A DNA stretch of 41,464 bases. It comes from Octopus bimaculoides. Its lineage: Eukaryota. A model generated the notes under the pieces. That model saw only the letters and a list, made by a program, of their open reading frames with translations, was not told where the DNA came from and did no database searches. The translations under genes and the position numbers were made by a program. The stretch is from NCBI RefSeq assembly GCF_001194135.2, contig NC_068987.1, forward strand, positions 7,551,990-7,593,453. The letters are read 5' to 3'. Within the stretch, counting starts at the first letter, position 1, and each line of letters starts with the position of its first letter. Below, in pieces: positions 23,543-34,306 of the stretch.

Positions 23543-24208
23543 AGTAGCTTGCTTACAAACCACATGGTTCCGGGTTTAGTCCCACTGCGTGGCACCTTGG
23601 GCATGTGTCTTCTACTATAGCCTTGGGCCGACCAAAGCCTTGTGAGTGGATTTGGTAGACGGAAATTGAAAGAAGCCCGTCGTATCTATGTATATATGTA
23701 TATGTGCGTGTGTTTGTCCCCCTAGCATTGCTTGACAACCGATGCTGGTGTGTTTATGTCCCCGTCACTTAGCGGTTCGGCAAAAGAGACCGATAGAATA
23801 AGTACTAGGCTTACAAAGAATAAGTCCCGGGGTCGATTTGCTCGACTAAAGGCGGTGCTCCAGCATGGCTGCAGTCAAAATGACAAACAAATAAAAGAGA
23901 GAGAGAGAGAGAGAGAAGTAGCTTGCTTACAAACCACATGGTTCCGGGTTCAATCCCACTGCGTGGCACCTTGAGCAAGTGTCTTCTACTATAGCCTCGG
24001 GCTGACCAAAGCCTTGTGAGTGGATTTGGTAGATGGAAACTAAAAGAAGCCTGTCGTATATATGCATATATATATATGTATGTATGTGTGTGTGTATATG
24101 TTTGTGTGTCTGTGTTTGTCCCCGCAACATCGCTTGACAACCGATGCTGGTGTGTTTGCGTCCCCGTGACATAGCGGTTCGGCAAGGGAAACCGATAGAA
24201 TAAGTACT
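23543..24208 (+). mobile_element. Two tandem, 5'-truncated family C SINEs (23543-23900, 23917-24208)
   Basis: Both start at AGTAGCTTGCTTACAAACCACATGG. CORE-like GGCACCTTG(G/A)GCA..GTGTCTTCTACTATAGCC, internal TA/TG microsatellite, CpG-rich (young). Confidence 0.92.
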
Positions 24209-24439
24209 GCTTTCCAAGCAGGATAATATTTCCTCATAGCCCAGATATGTTTTATGTCAAGGAAGACTGGAAAGAAACAACCTCACTTGTATGATGGTGA
24301 TGCTCATTTACAACCATCATGTGATGTCAGGACAATGATACACACAGATGTGCTTGCACATATACACACACACACACACACACAAACATGCTTGCACAGA
24401 CATATGATGTATATGTCATTCCAAAATGTAACTATATGT

Positions 24440-24610
24440 GGATTGATGGCAATATTTTTCCTCTGTTTTTTCTCTTGGACTTTCCTCTGTCTCCTATTTC
24501 TGAAGAAGAGCTTTTGCTTGAAACGTAAAACACCCTTTCTTTCCTTCCCTGAACATCTTATTAATACTTTGTCTATACCACATCTTCACGCTGTTTTTTT
24601 TCTTGTGTAT
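24440..24610 (+). mobile_element. Penelope-like element terminal (pLTR) remnant
   Basis: Pyrimidine-rich segment containing CTGAAGAAGAGCTTTTGCTTGAAACGTA, the kind of motif found at PLE termini. Confidence 0.55.
24497..24530 (+). ncRNA. Minimal type I hammerhead ribozyme-like motif (PLE-associated), probably degenerate
   Basis: UUU-CUGA-A-GA-A-GAGC-UUUU-GCUU-GAA-ACGU-A-AAA: catalytic core, 4-bp stem II, palindromic ACGU in place of stem III, 3-bp stem I. Confidence 0.55.
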
Positions 24611-24715
24611 TTTCTTCCATTTTTTTTTTATTAACTATATATATAAATATATATACATAAATATATATATATAAATACACACATACACATATATATATAT
24701 ATATATTTCCTTTCA

Positions 24716-24822
24716 GTTTCCATCCAAATCCACACACAAGATATTGATTGACCTGGGGCTATAGTAGAAGACACTTGCCCAAGGTGTCATGAAGTGGGAC
24801 TGAACCCAAGACCACATCTTAT
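24716..24822 (-). mobile_element. Family C SINE 5' half
   Basis: GGGGCTATAGTAGAAGACACTTGCCCAAGGTG..GTGGGACTGAACCC. Confidence 0.85.
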
Positions 24823-24964
24823 TAAAACAAACAGACAGACAGACATACACACACATACATACACACATATAAACGTAAATCACAAACAAGACATTCGTTA
24901 ATTTGTTTGAAGGCTGGGTCAAGCTACTTCTATAAATTGCCAAGTTAAAATATTTTATATTAAG

Positions 24965-25190
24965 ATTTTCATTCAACCATGATATAAAACACTGCAACAC
25001 AAGCTGGGAAGCAAATGCCGATTCGTGTACAGGAACAAGTAGAAGCTGTTGAACATTTGTTATAATTGGAAATCATAAAGAAAGTTCATGTGATCGTTGC
25101 CATTGGTTGTAATGCCAAAGGAAGACGGCTACATTTGTGCGTGCATGCATGTGTGATTCGGTCATTGAACTGCAGCCATACTGAAGCACT
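24965..25190 (+). pseudogene. Decayed Ty3/Gypsy pol (start of the RT domain) fragment
   Basis: With one frameshift and a stop it reads NHDIK/TATQAGKQMPIRVQEQVEAVEHLL*LEIIKKV..NAKGRRLHLCV..IRSLN. This resembles the Gypsy pattern DVKPVAQPARRIP..EKVEAEL.RLE.LDIIEKV..K.NG..RLCVD.R.LN. Confidence 0.55.
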
Positions 25191-25532
25191 GCTCCTTATT
25201 TTTCTAAGCTTGGTATTTATTCCGTTGGTTTCTTTTGCAGAGCTGCTAAGTTCCAGAAACGAAAAGACATCAACATCAATTGTTAAACAGTGGGGTGGGG
25301 TGGGACACACTCAGACACACACACATATACATACACATCTATGTTGATGATTAGTTGATTAATCATCAAGTCAATGTTCACTTGTTTATTTAGTAGCCTG
25401 ATGAGTTGGGAGTTACATAACATATTATGCAATCTAACCAATTGTATGATGTTTATGTCACAATAAAGATTCCTAATGAAACAATTGTAGCAATACCAGA
25501 CAATCCATTTGCCTGTTTCTATTATATATATA

Positions 25533-25935
25533 TTCATCATCATTTAAAGTCCATTTTCCATGCTGGCATGGGTTGGACGGTGGTGGCAAACTGGAGTTGG
25601 CAGACTGGTGCATCCCCCAGATTCCAGTCTATTTTGGCATGGTTTCTATGGATCGATGCCCTTCTTAACACCAACCACTTTACAGATTGTACTAGGTGCT
25701 TTTACATGGGACCACACAGGCGTTTTTATGAGACTTCGTATGGGTGCTTTTACATGTCACCACAAAGGCACTTTTACGTGTCACTGCACAGGCACTAGAG
25801 TGGGATTCTTTCAGTTTCTGTCTAGCAAATCCATTTATAGGGTTTCAGTTGGCTGGGGGCTATAGTAGAAGACATATTCCCAAAATATCATGCTACGAGA
25901 CTGAACCAAATGCAACATGGTTGGAAAAGAAGATT
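25533..25935 (-). mobile_element. Family D element (25533-25795) plus family C 5' half (25812-25935)
   Basis: CATCATTTAAAGTCCATTTTCCATGCTGGCATGGGTTGGACGG with tandem GTGCTTTTACATG units; GGGCTATAGTAGAAGACA. Confidence 0.8.
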
Positions 25936-26051
25936 TTTGGTAACAAAACCTTATCTGCACCAATACAAAAGAAATATGGCTATTCAAAGAAGTTAAGGTC
26001 CAATACCTAATGTTGATTGGAACTTAAAATGGGATTACATTAATAGAATTA

Positions 26052-26343
26052 GTGGAGACACATGGCTTGTTAGAGCAGTGGGCTTGCGGTCAAGGGATCA
26101 CAGGTTCGAATCTCAGACTAGGCAATGTGTGTGTTTATGAGTGAAACACCTAAGCTCTACATGGCTCCAGCAGAAGGTAATGGCAAACTTCTGCTGACTC
26201 TTTTACCACAAGTTTCTCTCACTCTTTCCACCTGCATCAAGCAGCGTCCCATCCAGGTGGGGAACTTATACTCCAACAAAACCAGGAAACCAACCCTTAT
26301 GAGCCAGGGATGGCTCAAGAAGAAACAATCAACAACAACAACA
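26052..26343 (+). mobile_element. SINE with a family B head and body but a different tail
   Basis: GTGGAGACACATGGC..GGTTCGAATCTCAGAC..AAACACCTAAGCTC..CACAAGTTTCTCTCACTCTTTC, then CGTCCCATCCAGG..ATGAGCCAGGGATGGCTCAAGAAG and (AAC)n. Confidence 0.75.
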
Positions 26344-26719
26344 CTTATAGAATTAAATCCATCGTCTCATAATATAACAATATTTGGGCTGTCTTTAAAA
26401 TAGAAATTACCAAAATAGATTCCGGTGAGGTCAATATGATAACTAAAACCTTTCAAGGCAGTGCCCCAGCATGGCTGTAGTCCAATAACTGAAGCCTGTC
26501 AAGGCATAGAAATGGTGACATGGAAATCATATTTCTCTTCAGTACTGGAGAAAAAAACCTGTTCACACCTTGCACTGCAAATCAAGAGATGATGCGGAGA
26601 CATCAATGAAACTGGAGAGGTCAATGTCAGTGTGACACATGTGGGAATTATTATGGAAAGTGAAGCATCCTTTCATAAGCTATATTGCATAAACAGGCAG
26701 AAACCATATTGACCATGTT

Positions 26720-27070
26720 GACAGGAGAATGGAGAGGATAGGGAAGGGGAGGAGGAGGGTGGAGGTGGGGAAGAAGGGAAGGGGGTGAGGAGAAAGAATG
26801 AAGGACAAAGGAGAAAAAAAGAGAAGAGAAAGAGAGGATAGAAAAGGGGAGGAGGATGATGGAGGTGGGGACGAAGAATGAATGAAGAACAAAGGAGAAA
26901 AAGAGAGAAGAGGGAGGAAAAAGAAAATGGAGAAGAAGTAGAAGTAAGTAGAAGTAAGAAGAAGACAAGGAACAAGATGTGATAGAAGACGGAGGAGGAG
27001 GAGGAGGCAAAAATGCAAGAGAACAACAACAGGAAGAAGAAGAGCAACAACAACAACAGTAGCAGCAGCA
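26720..27070. repeat. Polypurine low-complexity tract with an internal duplication
   Basis: TGGAGGTGGGGA..AAGAATGAA..ACAAAGGAGAAAAA..GAGAAGAG occurs twice. Confidence 0.88.
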
Positions 27071-27259
27071 CCGGCTGCAGTTATTTAAGCATGGGCCTGG
27101 CTTACTGTACATTGAAGCTGCGAGTGTATGTTATTATTTCAGACTTAGATAAATAATATTCATTAGTTTCTTTTTGAAGTTCTTGATAAGCCAGGAGATT
27201 TGCTGATTGCTATTAGCTGTGCATTCCATAAATGTTTTGAACCGTAATGTTCAATACTG

Positions 27260-27832
27260 TCTGCTACTAAGTAAATCTTGAAGTGGTTCCAACGAACAGA
27301 TTGCAAAAGATCAATCAAGAATTACATTAATACTTTTCGATTATAAGAACAAGAATTTTTGAATTATGAAATTAACTTTGGAGATTTTTAACGTAAACGA
27401 GAGGAACCGGTGGAAAATTTGCAATGTCATAATAAAGTTTCCATACATTAATTGAAGTTAAACAAGTCAGCTTCAACTCAGCAATGGCAAAAATTGTTGT
27501 ACCAGAACATCTCAAGACTTGATATATTGTTTGGTCCAGTATCTGAATATTACATGTGGCGTTTGGGAAGTAAAAACACCATATTAATTTTGACGTAATG
27601 ATCCTGCAACACTTTCAGGTGTCAAGGAACATTATCAAAAACTAACATTGCCATAAATAATAAATTCGTTCTGACATAATATTCTTTAACTGCAAAAGCA
27701 AATTGAGTGCCAAACCAATATTATAAGACAACTGCGGTGACCAAGGCTTTTGTGTTCGTTTTCCAAATGACTGGCGGCATTTCCTTATACTTCCCTTCCA
27801 AAGTTCTAGGATTTTCAAGACCATTATCTTTT
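27260..27832 (-). pseudogene. Decayed Tigger/pogo-family DDE transposase fragment
   Basis: Minus strand reads ENPRTLEGKYKEMPPVIWKTNTKALVTAVVL*YWFGTQFAFAVKEYY..LFMAMLV/DNVP*HL..INMVFLLP../IQILDQ. This matches the Tigger motifs ENPRAL..LPV.W..N.KAWVT..F..WF, LL+LDNAPGHP and FLPPNTTS.IQP+DQ, with stops and frameshifts. Confidence 0.75.
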
Positions 27833-27847
27833 ATTTTATATTTGCTC

Positions 27848-28167
27848 CTGTGTTGGTGGCACATAAAAAGCACCATTCAAACTTGGTCGGTGCCAGTGTT
27901 ACCTGACTGGCCCCCATGCTGGTGGCATGCAAAAAGTACTATTTGAGTATGGTCGATGCTAGTGCCACCTGATTGTTTCCCCCATGCTGGTGGCACATAA
28001 AAAGCATCCACTACACTCTCGGAGTGGTTGGCATTAGGAAGGGCATCCAGCAGTAGAAACCTTCCCAGATTATATTGGAGCCTGGTGCAGGCTCCCAGCT
28101 TGCCAGTCCTCAGTCAAACCATCAAACCCATGCTATCATGGAAAGCAGACATTAAACGATGATGATG
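27848..28167 (+). mobile_element. Family D element with three tandem 5' units of about 65-70 bp and an RTE-type tail
   Basis: (CCATGC)TGGTGGCA..AAAAG x3; GTTGGCATTAGGAAGGGCATCCAGC; CCATGCTATCATGGAAAGCAGACATTAAACGATGATGATG. Confidence 0.85.
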
Positions 28168-28641
28168 TTCCTGCTGTTAGACCCAAAGCCACTTGGTTAC
28201 AAAGTGAGCTTCTTAACCACACAGCCAGGCCTCTGTCAATTAATCCATTTTTTCAATAAATTCTCCATTTTTTTCCCCATCACTCTACCTCTGTTTTAAC
28301 CCATAGTTGTTTCCATCACATTTCCTACATCACATTATGATCTTTGATTTAACTCTTAAAATCCAACATCATAGATATCTGCAGTGGTAGCCAAGTTCTG
28401 GACAACATGAAACTTTCATTCAAACAGTGTTGTTTAGGGGCCCAAAATTACAACTAAGCACTCTTCTGTGTAAGAAACAAAATTTAGTCTCATTTTAGAA
28501 AGAAAGTCTCTGTCAAAAGACTTCCTGTTTGCAGCATGCATGATTAGTGTTTGCATTTTATTGGGTCAATTTCTCTGGATGTTTTCAAGCGTAATGGTAA
28601 TTGATACCTCAAGCAATGAGTAGAATTTGGTGATGCTATTT

Positions 28642-28850
28642 ATTACCTCTGCCTTAGCAAAGGCGGATATATTGTTTTCAGTCGTATTTGTTTGTTTGTC
28701 TATAGACAAGATCTCTCAAGAACCACTGGATAGATTCCAATGAAACTTTCAGGGATGTTTGGCCTTGTAACTGGCAGGAACTGATTGGATTTTGGGATCG
28801 ATCTAGTACAGGACAAGGATTCTGGATTATTTCTCCTGTTTTTTTACTTA
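28642..28850 (+). mobile_element. Helentron-associated (HINE-like) element, second copy
   Basis: ATTACCTCTGCCTTAGCAAAGGCGG hairpin end, (GTTT)n, AATGAAACTTTCAGGGATG..TGGATTTTGGGATCGATC. Homologous to 1-179. Confidence 0.65.
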
Positions 28851-28981
28851 AACAGAAAAAGCACTGCAAGACTTTAACAGATTCTAACTGAAAATACACT
28901 TGATTCACTCAGGTCCAAAGTTTGGCTTCTTAAAAACTAGGTTTCACTAGTTCCTGAACAATTGATAATATCCAACAGTAT

Positions 28982-29210
28982 CCATTTCTAACTTCGTTGC
29001 CATATTCCTATACACTATCTTTGATTCAATCAATTTTGAAAATAATGAAGAATTTGGTAAAACTACGTTTGTCATTACCAAGGTGTTGTTTGGAACAAAT
29101 TAACATGAAATTTTGATGGAAGGTTTTTTTAACTTAGATCACTTTCAAACAAGAAGACTGCATCGCAGAAGCAGAGGTGGGCCTAAGTGGATTGGCATCA
29201 AAAGGAGTAA
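28982..29210. mobile_element. Degenerate non-autonomous DNA element, possibly a piggyBac-like MITE
   Basis: Imperfect terminal similarity (CTTCGTTGCCA vs TGGCATCAAAAGG). Recognised only from memory of mollusc repeats. Confidence 0.35.
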
Positions 29211-29827
29211 CTCTATTGTATAACTTTTATGGAGATCTAACCTTCCTCGCATGTGAACCAGCATTTTATTTCTAAATTTTGTTTATCATTTTTGCTGAGC
29301 AACAGATAATAAAAAGTTTCAAATACTAAAAATTTCTTCAAATGCTTGTTCTTTGTATAATGGCACCACGCAATGAAGAACTGTCATGGCGTCAGTTTGC
29401 TAACAAAATATAAATGAGCAGGAAATCTACAGAGACAATATTCAGCTTATATATATATATATATATTTGTTGTTGTTTTGTTTTTCTTTTTGCATTTATT
29501 GATTTTCGTAAATAAATCAATCTATTCTAGCCTATTTTCAGTAAAAGCTGCAATATATAAAAGCAATGTTTGCATAAAATATATTATTAGTCAAGCATTT
29601 TATGACATTGTGCCCTTGAAAATTAGATGCCAATGAAGGAATAACGGCAGAATTTTCATATGTCTAATGCAGATAAAAGGCAAAATCATACAAATGTCAG
29701 AACATTTAGGGTAAGGGAGTCGATGGGGGATTCTGGAAAACCGTTTCTGTGTATATATATATGTAACTGTCTATCTATCAAATAAATTGATCTACATACA
29801 AATCATCATCACCACCGCCACCGCCTC

Positions 29828-30085
29828 CATCATCATCATCATTTAATGTCCATTTTTCCATGCTGGCATGGGTTGGATGGTTTAACAGGAGCTGGAGCGC
29901 TGGAGCGCTGTCTAGGCTTTGATTGTCTGCTTTGTACATGGTTTCTTATTTCTTTACTGCCCACAAGGGGCTACACACAGAGGGGACAAACTCAGAACGT
30001 AGCAGCAGATGTAATACTGCTAAGCATTTCGTCCGGCGTGCTAACGTTTCTGCCAGCTCGCTGCCTAACATGGTTTCTACAGCTT
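29828..30085 (-). mobile_element. Family D element containing a nested, internally deleted family A SINE (29947-30067)
   Basis: 11-bp TSD ACATGGTTTCT at 29936-29946 and 30068-30078. Confidence 0.85.
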
Positions 30086-30742
30086 TATCTGTGTGTCTGT
30101 ATTTGTCCCCCATCAACATTTTACAACCAGTGTTGGTGTTTTTCAATACCCGTAACTTAGCAGTTTGGCAAAGGAGACTGATACAATAAGTACCAGGTTT
30201 TAAAAAGTGAAAGAATCCTGTCGAATGTGTGTGTGTATGTGTGTGCATTTGTTCATCAGTGCTTGACAACAGTGTTGATTTGTTTACATTCCCGTAACTT
30301 AGTGGTTTGGCAAAAGAGACTGATAGAATAAGTACCAGGCTTCAAAAGATAAAATTATAGAAGTACCGGGGTCGATTCGTTCGACTAAAATTCTTCAAGG
30401 CGGTGCACCAGCATGGCCGCAGTCTAATGACTGAAACAAGTGAGTGAAAGATAAAAGGAAAAAGGTGTGTGTATTACGTGTGTGTATATGTGTACGTTTG
30501 TGTAGACATCACATGAGGGTTGTAAATGAGCATCACCGTCATAGAAGCGAGGTTGTTTGTCTCGAAGCTTCCATGTCGGAAAACATGTCTGTCCACGGGG
30601 AAAGCATTGCCCTGCTTGGAAACAGGCGAGGGTTGGCAACGGGAGGGGCATCCAGCCGTAGAAAGCTCTGCTTCAACAAACTCCTTTCTGACCAATATGC
30701 AAATATGGAGAAGTGGACATCAAATGACGATGATGATGATGG
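30086..30742 (+). mobile_element. Two family C tails (30086-30450) and an RTE-tail element (30502-30742)
   Basis: CCCGTAACTTAG..GGCAAA..GAGACTGATA.AATAAGTACCAGG twice; GGTTGGCAACGGGAGGGGCATCCAGCCGTAGAAA..GTGGACATCAAATGACGATGATG. Confidence 0.82.
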
Positions 30743-31059
30743 CTGATACACACACACAGACACACAGACACACCCATAAATGAAGTAAACATAAGAGTGA
30801 GTGCATGGGGAGAAGAAGCCATAGTGAAACTTAGGTTCTCGTTGATGACCAGTTTGGGTGTTTCTGTTGCTAATGCAAAGAGTCAGCGCTAAGAATAATA
30901 CCGTTCCCAGTTCTTCTCTCTCTCTCTCTCTCTCCCCAAAGACTTCGTTTGTTATGATTACTGGAAGATGATATCAAGGAATCAATAATGGGAATCCTCT
31001 TCAAAGACGCTTCTGACATCACAGTCATTTACACCTGGAACAATACATCGATCTCTGTT

Positions 31060-31570
31060 TGCATTAGGGTCTGTGTGCGTGTGTGTGTGTGTGTGTGTGT
31101 ACATATTGATCTCGCTCTCTATATATGTATGTATGTATGTATTAGTTATGTGCAAATGTATGTATCTGTGTGTGCATGTGTGTGTGTGTGTGTACATATC
31201 TATATATCTCTGCCTCTCTATATATACATGTGGGGGGGGCAGGTGAGTGTGTGTACGTACATATTGATTTCTCTCTCTCCCACTCTATATATATATATAT
31301 ATGTATGTATGTATGTATAGTTATACACAAATGTGTGTGTGTGTGTATACATATTGACCTCTCTCTCTCTGTGGTGGTGATGGTAATGATGGTGGTTCTG
31401 GAAGTGGTGATGGTGGTTGGGGCTGATGGTGATGGGGGATGATGTTGGTGATAGTGATGGTGGTGGTGGAGGTGGTGGTTGTGATGATGGTGGGGGTGGT
31501 CGTCGTGATGGTGGTTGTGGCTGATAGTGACGGTGTTGATGACGGTAATGCTGATGACGATAAACAACAA
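31060..31570. repeat. Higher-order microsatellite repeats followed by a (GGT/GAT)n tract
   Basis: GTGTAC..ATATTGA.(CT)n(TA)n(GTAT)n unit recurs, followed by a trinucleotide mosaic. Confidence 0.88.
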
Positions 31571-31628
31571 TAAAAAATAATCAAAAAGAAATTTTTTTTA
31601 AAAAACCTCAGCTAAATAATGGAAAAAA

Positions 31629-31665
<37 letters not shown>

Positions 31666-31949
31666 GGAATTAACATCAATTAAGCAACAGTTAAAACTAA
31701 AGCTGATAATATTAAGCAGGAGATTATCGTTGCTTCAGTGTGGCTTCTTTTCCAAAACACAACACAGAACTGAACGCAACTTGGATTGATCCAAATGACA
31801 AGTTTACAGCCAACTGGAAGCATTTTGCACGGGATTTCCATCTTGGAGAGCAAATCAGTCTCTCGGATTAGAAAAGCCAAGCTGTGATGTCTTCCAACAT
31901 TAATTTAATTATATTAGGAACCTATTTGGGTAGGAGATTAAATCTTGTT

Positions 31950-32520
31950 GCTGCTGCTGCTGTTGTTTTTGTTGTTGTTGGTGGTGGTGGTGGTGGTTTT
32001 GTTTATCTTACTTGAGTGGAGAAAGTGTAAATAATGATGAAAATAATAATAATAATAATAATTATTATTATTATTATTATGATAATAATGATAAAAATGA
32101 TGATGGTGGTGGTAATGATGATGATGGTGATGATGATGATAGTAATAATAACAATAATAATGGTGGCAGTGGTAGTGGTGGTGAGGGTGATGGTGGTGGT
32201 AGTGGTGATTGTGGTGGTGGTGGTGATGATAGTGGACGTGGTAGTGGTTGCAGTGGTGGTGATAGTGGTGGCAGCAATAGCAGTGGTGATGGTGGAGGTG
32301 GTGGTAGTCAGGGTGGTGATGGTGATGGTGGTGGTGGTGGCAGTGGTAGTGATAGTGGTGGTGGTGACAGCAGTGGTGATGGTGGAGGTGTTGCTAGTAG
32401 TCATGGTGGTGGTGGTGATGCTGATTGCATTCTGGTGTTTGGCAGAGATGGCAATGGTGGTACCGGCGGTAGTAGTGGTGGTGCTGGTGCCGGTGCTAAT
32501 GGCGATGATAATGATTTATT
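31950..32520. repeat. Trinucleotide mosaic of (GTT/GGT/AAT/GAT)n
   Basis: Directly visible. It produces spurious Gly-, Val- and Thr-rich ORFs in several frames. Confidence 0.93.
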
Positions 32521-33028
32521 TTCCTTTCGTATAAAGAAAATATAACATTCGGTAACGGAGGTGACCAAGATAACAGCTTTATCTGTTTTGATTCTATCGT
32601 GAGAAATATTCAATTAATATTACTTTAATGTAATAAACCAAAATTAGAAATGAATTGTTTTTTTGTGAACACAAGTGTACTTGCCAACACACACACACAC
32701 ACATATAAAGACACACACACATACACGATTATACTCAAATTCACACAAATACATACACAGACATGTTGAGTATTGCACACATATTTCTATTTATTTGCTT
32801 ATCTTTTGGGGTGTTTTGTGTTATTTTATTTTTTTTTTTGCTAACATGTAAACATTTTGTTGTCCTCAGGCAAGAAATTCTGTGTTAAACCAAAGTTCCA
32901 TACTTTGTCAGGTTGCCTAGACAACGCACTTACATCCTTCTATTGGCACGAAACATTTCCTGACCAAATTTTATCTCATGATCCTTCTGTCTAAAACTCT
33001 TCAGATCTACATGTAGAATGCTGCACAT

Positions 33029-33584
33029 GGATGCAGTAATGGCTGTGTGGTTAAGAACCTTGATTTGCAACTATGTGACTTTGGGTTCCATCCCACAGCA
33101 AGGCACCTTGGACAAATGTCTTCTAGAATAGCCATGGGTATAAGGCCCATGGCTCAGTGGCTCGAGTATCAGGCTCACAATCGATTCCTGAACTGTGCTG
33201 TGTGTTGTGTTCTTGAGCAAGACTCTTCATTTCACGTTGCTCCAGTTCACTCAGCTGTAGAAATGAGTTGCGATGTCACTGGTGCTAAGCTGTATCAGCC
33301 CCTTTGCCTTTCCCTTGGATAACACTGGTGGCGTGGAGAGGGGAGGCCGGTATGCATGGGCGACTGCTGGTCTTCCATAAACAACCTTGTCTGAACTTGT
33401 GCCTCAGAAGGGAACTTTCTAGGTGCAATCCCTCGGTCATTCATGACCGAAGGGGGTCTTTATAGAGGCAGGTATGGCTGTGTTGTAAGAAGCTTGCTTC
33501 CCAACCACATGGTTCCAGGATCAGTTTCCTGGCACAGCAACTTGGACAAGTGTCTCCTACTACAGCCTCAGGCCAACTAAACCC

Positions 33585-33623
<39 letters not shown>

Positions 33624-33850
33624 TGTGTGTGTGTGTATCTTTCTGTTTGTCCCCAACCATTGCTTGACAACCGGTATTAGTTTGTCTACATCCCCATAAC
33701 TTAGCGATTCAGCAAAAGGAACTGACAGAATAAAAATACCACACTTTAAAAAAACAATCGATAATACTGGGGTTGATTTGTTCAACCACACCGTTAAAGG
33801 TGGCGCTCCAGCTTGGTCGCAGTCCAATGGCTGGAACAAATAAAAAGCAA
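33029..33850 (+). mobile_element. SINE cluster: family C head (33029-33138), a CORE-type SINE with a distinct tail (33143-33461), full family C (33465-33850)
   Basis: The middle element has TGGCTCAGTGG, CTTGAGCAAGAC and a 3' hairpin CCCTCGGTCA-TTCA-TGACCGAAGGG (33430-33455). Confidence 0.82.
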
Positions 33851-34275
33851 GAGAAAGACAATGATATGAAAGACAAAAAATGAAGAATATTTCTTCAGAC
33901 AACAACCATTTGCTTCTGTTGCACTTCTCCATTATTTTCTCCTTCTACCAGATGAAGTAAAAAAACCGTTTTTGATTTTTTTCATGCCTGTTTCTGACAT
34001 GCACCTTTTAGAAACATTTTTTATGGCTATTCTTATCTCAAGACATGCTACAAATGTCAAATTGCCTGTCAGAAAGTGTCCATTAAAGGTTAAACATAAA
34101 CAACAATATGATTTATTGAATACATCACATAGTATATATAAATATGGCTGTCATAACTCAATCCATTTTGTAGAAACCAAACTGTGTACGTAACAATCTC
34201 TTGTTTTCCCTGCTCGGATGGAGTTATTCCTATGCTTACATTTTGTTTACTGTGCTCTTTAGGACACATGCACAA

Positions 34276-34306
<31 letters not shown>

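Noticed and set aside
26543-26720. Exon candidate YWRKKPVHTLHCKSRDDAETSMKLER / DINETGEVNVSVTHVGII
   Set aside because: The protein-like segments are in different frames separated by stops, and no donor gives a consistent model. Worth rechecking only if RNA-seq covers it.
27848-28010. CRISPR-like or regularly spaced repeats
   Set aside because: These are tandem internal units of a eukaryotic retroposon without unique spacers. There are no cas genes and the context is eukaryotic.
32003-32545. Gly/Asp-rich 177-aa ORF and poly-Val/Thr frames
   Set aside because: Trinucleotide mosaic open in several frames on both strands, with no splice or codon support. The same applies to 39144-39831 and 40162-40922.
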